Of a stretch of 64,000 nt of DNA, positions 1 through 9,900 are shown in pieces. Below the pieces are notes generated by a model that saw only the letters and a program-made list of their open reading frames with translations, did no database searches and was not told where the DNA came from. The DNA is from Nitrosopumilaceae archaeon (GTDB taxonomy: Archaea > Thermoproteota > Nitrososphaeria > Nitrososphaerales > Nitrosopumilaceae). Location: contig OZ242274.1 of the NCBI GenBank assembly GCA_965207375.1, positions 1,056,001-1,120,000 on the forward strand, in the 5' to 3' direction. Position 1 is the stretch's first letter. Every line of letters starts with the position of its first letter. A program made the translations under genes and the position numbers.

Positions 1-800
1 CTGCCATGCTTTTTACGTATCTGTTCAAGTAAATCTATGACACTATCAGATCCAACGTCGTCATAAAAATCCAAGACTAGTCCGTCTTGACCGAGTGCGC
101 CTATTGCCTTTGTGGTAGCAGTCTTAAAGTTAGACTTTACAGTTTCATGTCCACCTATGGGACGAATCCCACGAGCAGAAAACGGCGAGTCGGCAAATCC
201 TACAGCATCCAAACAACATATGGCATAATCAGCAGATGCATGTGACGTAATTGCTTGTATGGTGTTTGACACGTATTTGTCAATTGTCTCCTTGTCAGGT
301 GTATTGTATGGTACGGATCTAGGCACTCTGATGGAATAACCCATGCCATACGCAAGTGCAAGAGCTCCTGATGCACTGTATTGTGTACCATAATTGTTCT
401 CAATGTGTACTCCAAGCAGTCTAGCAGTCCAGTTTGAGCGCTCAAAACCGCTGCACATTGGATCCTGGGCAAGAGATATTCTGACTGCCTCCTGTTGTAC
501 CTTTGAGAGCTTGCAGGGTCTTCCGGTACTCTTGCCGTCAAGTATCGCATCAGGTCCTTCTTTTTGCATCCTGTTGAGCCATCTTGAGATGCTGCCCTTA
601 CCTCGTCCTAGAATTTTACGTATAGATTCTAGATCTAGGCCCTGTCTGCGCAGCAGTGCTGCCTGTAGCCGCTCACGCGACTTGCCTGAGTGCTCTGCCT
701 TTAGGCGATGTTCCATCTCAGACGTAGTGGTACCTTTGAGAAACTCTATTCCTCTCTTTACCCCTGAGGATGGCTTCATAAAATATCGTCCTCCCAACAT
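1..800 (-). mobile_element. IS630-family transposase, runs off the left edge
   Basis: Manual minus-strand translation from ATG 800: HTH (SISRWLNR), GRPCKLS, NWTARLL winged helix, first DDE Asp region (CCLDAVGF); open to base 1. Confidence 0.85.
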
Positions 801-1319
801 GGGCAGTTAAATATGGCATTATCAAGTGTATCTTGATGTGCCTTTAGCTGTTGTATCATAATTGCTTCTAGGCACGTCAATCTTTTGTATCGCAAGTTCT
901 AATTTCATTGATCCCATACGTTACCAAATATGACAAAAATGCAACTAAGCAGGCACATTCCTGTCCAATTTGGCCCAAGATATGGGCATGCAGGCTCTTT
1001 TTTTCAGGAATTTGGGTTCCATTCTTTTTTCAAATTACTATGCGTAATTCAAGGCTGGCCGTACCAGTCTTTTTTTCGCGTCATCTCAAAGCATTCCAAA
1101 CCATTTGACTTCCTCAAAGAACAATTTAATCACATCAAGTATTTTTGTGGTGTCTGTGTTGGTCCACCAAAGTATCCATCCCACTCATCTCTTGAAAATA
1201 TCGGCACCTCTACATACCATCTTCTCCTGTCCTGCATCGTTACGTTTGGTGAGGACCCTGCTAGAATAGGACCGATCAAAACCGAATGCTTATGGGCGTA
1301 GGAGGTAGTATCAAGGACA

Positions 1320-1575
1320 TGAGTAAGATGCGTAGCCCACAAGAAAAGGCCAGACATCATTGTAGAGTTTTTAATACCTGCATATCTGCAGCCGAATTGT
1401 GCCGTAGATACAATGTGTCACATGCGACATTTCAGGATTGGAAGGACAAGTTCTTGCAGGGAGGCGAGCAGGCACTTGATAGCAGGGAGATGCGGCAAGA
1501 AATCAAGCTAGGGAAATAGAGAATCTCAAGAATCATAGGCGAGATAACAATAGCTAACGACATTTTAAAAAATTA
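1320..1575 (+). pseudogene. IS3-family OrfA (HTH) remnant, frameshifted
   Basis: AELCRRYNVSHATFQDWKDKFLQGG, then RIIGEITIANDILK after a stop; no OrfB follows. Confidence 0.7.
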
Positions 1576-1597
1576 AAAACAGAGAAAATTTTTATGA

Positions 1598-1723
1598 TTA
1601 ATTTTTTGTACTTCCTTCCAAAACACCAGAATCACCATGAATTCTATCTATGTGTCTTGAAAGATCGCCATTGTTTTCAAAAATAGAGTCGCAATAAGGA
1701 CATTTTGGATTGTCTTCAGACAT
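1598..1723 (-). CDS. 41-aa C2H2 zinc-finger microprotein (below ORF-track cutoff)
   Basis: MSEDNPKCPYCDSIFENNGDLSRHIDRIHGDSGVLEGSTKN; C-x2-C-x12-H-x4-H; TATA-like GATATAAC about 27 nt upstream. Confidence 0.75.
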   Translation of the reverse strand: MSEDNPKCPYCDSIFENNGDLSRHIDRIHGDSGVLEGSTKN

Positions 1724-1765
1724 GTGTTTGATACTTGTAATCCCTGTTATATCTTCTTACAGATC

Positions 1766-1864
1766 CAGCTAAACGAAATGTGGGTAAAATAGGCCAAAAT
1801 CTACCTCAAAATGCAGAGCGCAATAGGGGCAGGTTAAGAATTTGGGCCACATTTTGCTTAGCTG
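1766..1864 (+). mobile_element. 99-bp MITE derived from the ISH3-family element at 3781-6773
   Basis: Ends cagctaaacgaaatgtgg / ccacattttgcttagctg; body is about 67 bp of the ISH3 left end plus about 30 bp of its right end; no clear TSD. Confidence 0.85.
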
Positions 1865-1903
1865 ATAATACAGAACGTGGCCTCCTGCTCTACAAGACTC
1901 ACT

Positions 1904-2578
1904 ATGACGCGCAAATGAGACTCAATGATATACGCCATTGAACAAGGGATACACATAGACGATGTGGCCAAATCCTTTGGCGTATCAATACGAGTATTAT
2001 ACGAGTGGAAGACCAAATATGAACAACGTGGTCTTGAGGAGGCTCCCCGTACAGGAAGACCGTCGTTTCTTTCAGACAAGAAAACAAAATAATGCATGGA
2101 TAACATCTAAAAAAATAACGAGATACCAACTGCAAAAAGATAGTGAGAAGAGATCCACAAGATTCGTGGCATCAAGTATAACAAATCAGAAATACAAAGA
2201 ATGTTTGCCAAAAACGACCATACCTTCAAAAAAATTGTGCCCATTTATGTACGTGTAGCCACAAACGAGGAGGCAGATATTTGGCGTAAAAAGAATCTCC
2301 AAAGATTAAGAGATTAGAAACAGGGCCACAAACTTGTTGGCCTAGATGAGGCATCAGTTGAAATTAATTCAGATATGGATATTGCAAACGCGATACGAGA
2401 CTGTATGCCATATACAACGATACAAAGCAAAAAGTGCCTATAATTGGCGCCATGGTAGAAGACAGACGCGCTATGTTTAATACAAAACACAAATTTAACT
2501 CAACTACATTTATAGAATTTTTACGAGATATGCAACGAACCATTGGTCCCACAGTAATTGTGATGGATAAGGCGCGGG
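1904..2578 (+). pseudogene. IS630-family transposase pseudogene
   Basis: Fragments in several frames: DDVAKSFGVSIRVLYEW...PRTGRPS, LVGLDEA, IIGA...FNSTTFIEFL...VIVMDKA; truncated at an IS5-like end. Confidence 0.75.
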
Positions 2579-2861
2579 GGTTGTAACACAAAGTGTTACT
2601 GTAATTTAAAATGTATTCGTCTGTCTGGTACAAGTTGTGGACCTATAGAGACCGACGAATACGATATGTATCAGAATATGCTATAATTTAAGGTATAAGT
2701 TTTTAATTTTAAAAGGGTGTTTAATTTTTAAGTGGCAGATTTTGATTTTTTGTCTTTCATGTTCTGTGTTGCCTCCTATTGCTAAAGTGTGCATTGATGA
2801 TCGGTCTCCTTCTAGCGTGGTCCACACCAACCTTGTGCATAGTGATTTTAAAATCACTAGA

Positions 2862-3320
2862 CAGATGGCGGATTTGATTTGCAAAAGATATTATGTAAAA
2901 AGCTAAACATTACGTCATACATCAGAATAGACCATAATGCAGTTACGCGTTCAGACGGTGCCAATAGAGATCGTACTCTTGCAGCCATTGATCATCTAGG
3001 TGATGGCGTATCAGATCCTAAAAAATTTGCACAGCTGACAAAAGAAGAACGTGAGGCAAACAGGAAGGTCTGGAAAAAAAGGGTACAATATGGCAAAAGA
3101 TGGATAGTTGAGATAGTAATATCATCAATTAAGCGACTGTTTGGTGATTCGGTATCTGCTGTAACGTGGGAAAACATCATACAAGAGATTAATCTCAAGG
3201 TACACATCTACAACAAGATGTTACAGATGCAAAGAAGGGCAATAGCGTAAACATACGACTTGATTATTGGTGCACTATGTCCCCACTTGGAAATATGGAG
3301 GGGTTATAACACAAACTAGT
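2862..3320 (+). pseudogene. IS5-family transposase C-terminal fragment with right end
   Basis: DGGFD...WKKRVQYGKRWIVEIVISSIKRLFG (Y-x2-R-x3-E-x6-K); end gggttataacacaaactagt recurs inverted at 35572-35591. Confidence 0.75.
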
Positions 3321-3770
3321 ACGTACACATCTTCTAAATGCTTTACCTGACATGTTTACATTTTTGTTGTATCCTGGCATGCCTGCACACAACAACGATA
3401 CAGAGCGTGAGATACGCGATGCAATAATACCGCAGCGCAACATAAGACACAAACTGACTACGATACAAGGACGGGAGGTATTTTCAACAAATCTGACATT
3501 TGTCAGAACTGCCCACAAGCAAAAGATTTCTTCTGCTAGAGCATTATTAGAACACATTCTAGATTCTGATTGGAGCTTTGAGAATGTCAAAGATACTCCG
3601 TATTCGCTTACCAACTCTGATGGCTCTAGGTATTCTATATTTGAAGGACTAGACCCTCCCTATACAGTACGTCAGGATCAGGCAGCTGGCGTGGCTAGTG
3701 CATAGTTTCTACCTGACGCACACGGGACGGCGTCAACCCGTAGCCCTATATCGGCGACCTGAGTATGTAC
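3321..3770 (+). pseudogene. IS66-family transposase C-terminal fragment and probable right end
   Basis: MFTFLLYPGMPAHNNDTEREIR resembles the IS66 NNxAERxxR motif; ends cctgagtatgtac. Confidence 0.65.
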
Positions 3771-3806
3771 AGCTGACATACAGCTAAGCGAAATGTGGCC
3801 CAAATC

Positions 3807-4364
3807 CTACCCTGGTGGCGGCTTGGACTGACGTATCAACTCAAAATCCATTTGTACTTTGAAAACTAGCATGGTCATAATACTCTGACTTGCTGTATCA
3901 TCACAAAGAATAGCCCTGATAATTATCCACTCGTTGTACAGTATCAGCGAATAATAAAAACACAGCATTCTTGATACGTTATCTTTGATTCGTGTCTTGG
4001 CCCTGCATTGTTTCATCTTGCTGTATCCTGATTCTATTCCCCACCTACTTGCATATTCTGTAACATCGACAGTATCACAGTTGGTTGCAAAGCCAATGTA
4101 TTTTTCCTCGGCAACATCAGTATCCTTTGATCCTTTTCTTCTTTCTATTATCATTGTATACGGTACAGAATGACAGTCGTTTTGTAGGGTACACTCTGAT
4201 GTTACATCACGTTTTTTACGACTATACTCGTCTAGTGCAGATTTTACATTTGGTGTATTTCTGCAATGTATCAAAAAGGATACGTCGTTTTGAATCAGCA
4301 TTTGTATTGTATCTACTGAGAAAAACTCACGATCACACAATGCCAGACGAACTTTTACTCCCAA
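3807..4364 (-). pseudogene. ISH3 transposase C-terminal half
   Basis: LCDREFFS and Y-x2-RWGIE-x-GY motifs. Confidence 0.85.
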
Positions 4365-4551
4365 ATCCTACAGTGTTTTGAGGTAACAGATCGACTTTCT
4401 GAAGTTACTCTGGGATTTAGATGACCCATGAAACTGCATGCAAAACCCCGGTGCAGTTTACGTCAATGAACCAGTATACAACAGATTCAGATTACAGAAA
4501 TGATCATACAGTAACAAATTTTGTGTATCACACGGTATACATTTGATGGTA

Positions 4552-6042
4552 TCATGCAGCAACTGTGACTTTTGGCATGGGAATTTCTTTGATATTTCCA
4601 CGCAGATACTCCTTGACGAAATGATACGGATTTACATCGCGCCTTTCACATGTGGCAAATATGCTTTGACGTATCTCTGTGGTTTTTAGGCCTCTCTCTG
4701 AGCGACTACCGTAGAATATCTTCCTCATTATAGCAAATATGCGCATTGCCTGCTCGCTTGCATTGTTGTGGTACGGCACACCATCATATTTTAGAAATGT
4801 TAGCAAAGAGTTACCCTCGCGTTTTAGTCGCTTTACATATCTGAGACAATCTGTATCCTCATATGTTCCTGTAGCAAGTGCATTGATTCTTTTTTGCAGT
4901 TTAGTTATGCTGCGCTTTGGAATGTCCTGTACTGTGTCGTGTTTTTTGCCAAGCTTTATTGCAGATTTTAGTATCTTGTATAGTTCATCAAAGAATGTTT
5001 GAAATTCTTTTTTGTCATTTTTTTCAAGCGTTCTATACATGTCTCTGAAATAGTGTAGCAGGCATTTTTGAAGTATGTCTGCAACACTCCATCCAGGATG
5101 AGAGTCACCCATTAGTATGCCCTCAAAATCCTTTAGAAACGTCTCAGATACCATTTTGCTTCTAGATTGTGAGATGTGATATACTACCGTGTATATCGAA
5201 TGAAACACCCATGCCCAGCATAGTTTGCCGTTTAGATACCATCCTGTTTCGTCACCTCCTAGGATTTTTGCCTTGACAATCTCATCAAGAAGCGAATAAT
5301 ATACAGGTTCTAGGCATTTTGAGACGCGTGCATCAAGTTTTTCAAGTGTGGATATGGCAATATTTTTGCCGTAAAACATCTGCAAGAGTTTTTGTATTTT
5401 GCCATACGATATAGTCAGGTTTCTCATTGCAGAAATTCTTGCCATTATTGTGATGCTAAAATGCTCTTCTGGCATAAAGTCAATAGGTTTTGCATATTGC
5501 ATGCGTGCACATTTTTTGCAGTATCTGCCCACAATAGTCATGTTGACACCAGACCATTTGCCGTCTATTATCGATTCACCGTTTCTAGTGTATTTGCTTG
5601 ACGAATCTGCAAGCGGATTACCACATGATGGACAAAACTTGTGATCTACAATTACATCTGTGGTCTCATGGTCTTGTTGCGTATATTTTGGCTGCGTCTT
5701 TTGTTTTTTGATCTCTGGGTATCCCTTGTACTCTCTGGTGTTATAGCTACTGACATGACTGGATCTTGTTTTTTTCTTTTGCAGTTTTGCTATGAGTTTT
5801 TTTAGTTGAACGATTTCTTCTTTTAGCTGTTTGTTTTCTGTGATTACTTGTTTATTTTCTGCAATCACTTGTTTATTTTCTGCAATCACTTGTTTGCTTT
5901 CTACATCTTTTAGCTGATTGTCTTTTTGCAGATCTTTCATTTGTTTATCCATTTGATCAAATTTTTCAGTAAGAACCTCGAAAAGCTTGTTGACATCGGG
6001 ATTCTTCCAGTCTATTTCTTCAAGATCAAATCCCGGCATCAT
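4552..6042 (-). CDS. IS66-family transposase (coiled coil, Zn ribbon, DDE)
   Basis: CPSCG...CKKC, GDETGW, QKCLLHYFR, HNNASEQAMR motifs. Confidence 0.92.
   Translation of the reverse strand: MMPGFDLEEIDWKNPDVNKLFEVLTEKFDQMDKQMKDLQKDNQLKDVESKQVIAENKQVIAENKQVITENKQLKEEIVQLKKLIAKLQKKKTRSSHVSSYNTREYKGYPEIKKQKTQPKYTQQDHETTDVIVDHKFCPSCGNPLADSSSKYTRNGESIIDGKWSGVNMTIVGRYCKKCARMQYAKPIDFMPEEHFSITIMARISAMRNLTISYGKIQKLLQMFYGKNIAISTLEKLDARVSKCLEPVYYSLLDEIVKAKILGGDETGWYLNGKLCWAWVFHSIYTVVYHISQSRSKMVSETFLKDFEGILMGDSHPGWSVADILQKCLLHYFRDMYRTLEKNDKKEFQTFFDELYKILKSAIKLGKKHDTVQDIPKRSITKLQKRINALATGTYEDTDCLRYVKRLKREGNSLLTFLKYDGVPYHNNASEQAMRIFAIMRKIFYGSRSERGLKTTEIRQSIFATCERRDVNPYHFVKEYLRGNIKEIPMPKVTVAA
5828..5895. 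repeat. 21-bp tandem repeat (3 copies plus partial) encoding heptads KQVI(A/T)EN
   Basis: tgtttattttctgcaatcact twice plus one variant copy. Confidence 0.85.
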
Positions 6043-6143
6043 AATTTTATGCTGATGATAGTGATCCTTATGCTTTACTGCCTGACTATATAAGGAACTT
6101 CAGAGAGTCGGAATGTTACGTTTTGAGCAGAAAATTCACCGAT

Positions 6144-6689
6144 TTAGGCACGGAATCTAGGCATTTTGAGATGTATTGCAGCTAGAACTACTCTCATTGT
6201 ATCATCCACACAGTGAACCGTCATGTAACGCTCAAAATATGTCGTACCGTTTTTGTATTTAGAACTAGTCAGCTCCTCCCCATATATCCTGTCATAACGG
6301 CATATGAGGTGTAGGTCCATTGCAACTGTAAGCCCCTTCTTTGGAATCTTTCCCATTTTTTTGAGAATCTTAACCTGTCTTGCTATCTGTAATTGGAAAA
6401 CGTCCTGTACTGATTCCTCTGGTATGCCCTTGATTGCAGATGCATACCATCTGTCTGATGGCGTGTTGCTGTTTTTTTGTTTTACTGCATTTGCACATCC
6501 TCCTACGGAGGAGTCCATGATGGCAGCCCTCAACATTCCGGTGCTGAGATCATCAACTCCATATATCGTATTGTCACTGACTGACCAAGTAGTGCATGCA
6601 AGCATGTTTTTGGCACCAGATGCGGCATCTTGATATAATCGCGGATTGTTTAATAGTTCACGGCTCTGTTTGGTTTTTTGTTTAGTCAC
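6144..6689 (-). pseudogene. ISH3 transposase N-terminal half
   Basis: VAMDLHLICRYD, KNGTTYFERY; frameshift near 6160 and in-frame TAG just past the IS66 junction. Confidence 0.8.
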
Positions 6690-6988
6690 TGAAAATCATC
6701 TGGAGCCGCCCCTATTGATCTGTTTGCATTTTTGGTGGATTTTTGCCTATTTTGCCCACATTTCGCTTAGCTGACATATCAAAAAGGTTAAATTAACTCC
6801 TAATATGGAAATAATGTGATATTAGAGAAGGAATTTACTTTATGTGATATGCCTTTTCCAAAATACTTGTATGTCAGATTTGGCCTAAATCAGAATATTA
6901 TTTACTTTAATACTATTGACAAAGATTGTATATGTAATAATTTTTCAAATAAAAATTACGTTGAAAATTATTTTAGAGGGAATTTATT

Positions 6989-9900
6989 TTGAATAAGACA
7001 CATGTCGTTCTTTTATCGATAATTGTAGCAGTAGTTACAATGGCCGTATCAAGTCAGGAAGCAAACGCACAAACTGTTCATCTATCTACCAGTGCAACTA
7101 ATGGTACTAATCTTGATTCAATTCCGTTTAATGTTGTATTTAATGACCCTGCACATCAATTACAACATAGCCATATTGCTGTAGAGCGTGGCACCGCTAG
7201 ACAAGATAGTACTGCAAGTACCCCCATATCAAAGATGTCATTTTATATCGGCGCCTTTAACGAACGTGGCATTGGAATACTTGGTTCAGGTGATGGCCAG
7301 TTTTATTATCCGCGTGCAATAGCAGTAAACTCTACAGGTCACATCTATGTGGCAGATTCAAACAACAACCGTATTCAGATATTTGACCTTGCTGGCAATT
7401 ATGTATCACAGTTTGGTATTGGCGCCCCACATGGAATGGTAATGAACGACACCCACATCCACATAACAGACACCGCAAATCACCGAATCCAAATATTTGA
7501 CAACTCTGGAAATTACATCTCACAGTTTGGCAGTGGTCCAGGTAATGGCAATGGCACCTTTAATAGTCCTCAGGCAATAGCAATGAACTCTACTCGCATC
7601 TTGGTAGTAGACGCAGAAAATTATCGCATACAAGTCTTTGATCATTCTGGTAATTATGTCAGCCAGTTTGGCCAGCTAGGTACAGGTGACCATCAGTTTC
7701 TACGCCCCTCTGCAATAGCACTAAACTCTACACACAACATCTTTGTAGCAGACTTTCTCAGTGATAAGATAAAGATTTTTAATCAAACAGGTCATTATAT
7801 GGACTCGTTTGGTACAGGCATTGACGGTCCAAGTGCAGTTTTTGAGTATAACGATTTCATTTACGTGGCATCCCAAAACAATGGTAAGATAATAAAGTTT
7901 GATCAAAACTCAACCGGTACATATGTCGATGTAGGTCTTGGTGATGATATGAGATTACAGGGCATATTAGATAATCGTAAAAATCATGTTGCCCCATCTG
8001 CAATTTTCATTGATGAAAGTACTGATATAGTTTATGCGGCTGATGGGCAACGTCATCAAGTTTTCGTAGATCGTAAGGTATGGTCCTTTAATGTGAATCA
8101 AGGAACAGGTGAGATTAAAGTATGGATAAATACTAACAATCCCACTGGTGCCGATTCAAATCGCATATACCTTACAATTGACAAAACAGGACCAATCCCA
8201 ACAATTTCTAGCTCGATACAGGAAGCGACAAGTACCAAACCTATCCCCTTTAATGTAGAGTTTAACGAACCCATGACCGGCTTTGAAGCATCTGATATTG
8301 TGGCCAGTTCTGGTACAGTACAGAATTTTCGTTCTCCAATAGAATACTATGACACTGGTAGAACTCATCCTACCGATTTCATAAAGGGCCAAATAGCAGT
8401 AAATGCTACAGGCTACATTTATACAACAAATCCTAGCTGGGGAGTTGTTGAAGTTTATGACCCTTATGGCAATCATGTTTTAGACTTTAATCATCCAATA
8501 GTCACTGGCCTCAAAACCGGGTTTAATGATCCACAAGGCATTGCAATAAACGGTACCGGATACATATACGTAACAGATACAGCACACAGCTCCGTACACA
8601 TATTTGACCCATCAAACAAACATGTCTCATATTTTGGTACACATGGCACTACAGGTAGCAGCAGCCTCGGTGACTTTTCCAGACCAATTGCAATAGACAT
8701 AAACGCTACAGGACATGTATTTGTAGCAGATGCGTGGAATCACCGTGTCCAAATATTTGACCCATCAGGAAAATACTTGGATCATATTGGTGGTGACGGT
8801 CCAGGGAGTGGTGGTAAAGGTACAGGCGACGGCCAGTTTGACCGTACAGCAGACGTTGCAGTAAACTCTACAGGCTACATCTATGTCCTAGATGATAGAA
8901 ACGACCGTGTCCAAATATTTGATCCATCCGGTAATTATGTGGGTAAGTTTGATAGTGCAGGTGACAGTTCGTTTGACATACTAAGGTCAATAGCAATAGA
9001 CTCTGATGATAATGTCTATGTCACCGACATTGGTAACCTTGTTTCGCCTGAAACTCGAAATATAATACCTGATCCTACCTGTGAACCGGGAATACCTCCA
9101 GGCGGTACACTTGCAGATCATATTATCTGTACGGTACGCACTGCATATGAAAACGCTGGTATTCACAAATTTGGTCCATCAGGAAACTATCTTGGTGATC
9201 TTGATATTGTAGGTCAGGACAAGATTGCTGTACCATCAGGAATCTATTTTGATGATACAGACGACATTTACGTAACAGATGGCGGAAATAATCAAATCTA
9301 CATAGAGCGTGATGGATTCACTTTTGAAGTAGTAAACGCACCAAACGGTCATTTGGAAATCACCATACCTGCAAATTCCGTACATGATGCAGCAGGTAAC
9401 GGCAACACTGCATCTACTCATACAGTGAATGTCGCTATAACTCCAGAACCACCAACGAGTCTAATTGCAGAACCTAGAAACGAATCAGTCCAACTGTCAT
9501 GGACTGCACCTGCAAATACCTATGGAACTCCAATTACTGATTATATCATAGAACGTAATAACGGTAACAGTTGGATTACTGTTAGTGATGGTGTATCTAC
9601 TGATACAGTTACAACTGTAACTGGTTTAACAAACGGGGTCACCTACCAATTTCGGGTTCATGCCGTAAACAGTATAGGAACCAGTCTTTTATCTAATGTT
9701 GCTAGTGCCACTCCTAACGCTGCACCCACATCACCTGGAATCCCAACTGATCTAGCTGCAACAGCAGGTAACACACAGGTGGTATTAAGTTGGACTGCAC
9801 CAGATCCAAACAGGTCGCCACTTACTGATTATACCATACAATACAAACTAACTACAGCAAACTCTTGGACTACATTTAATGACGGTACAGTTAATCAAAC

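Larger units (their letters stand above)
4383..6119 (-). mobile_element. IS66-family element (single-ORF, ISBst12-like), apparently intact
   Basis: Imperfect TIRs gtaacagatcgactttctgaagtt / gtaacattccgactctctgaagtt; 8-bp TSD GTTTTGAG at 4375-4382 and 6120-6127. Confidence 0.92.
3781..6773 (-). mobile_element. ISH3-family (IS4-like) element, inactivated and interrupted by IS66
   Basis: TIRs cagctaagcgaaatgtgg at both ends; 5-bp TSD ACATA (3776-3780, 6774-6778); transposase halves at 6144-6689 and 3807-4364 (DREFF, YASRWGIESGY). Confidence 0.9.

Noticed and set aside
200-810. ORF-track entries 200-550 (-) and 394-810 (+)
   Set aside because: Shadow frames of the edge-truncated IS630 transposase
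830-1310. Overlapping short ORFs (908-1108, 930-1301, 1130-1360)
   Set aside because: No recognisable motif in any frame; possibly a decayed gene, but I cannot assign it
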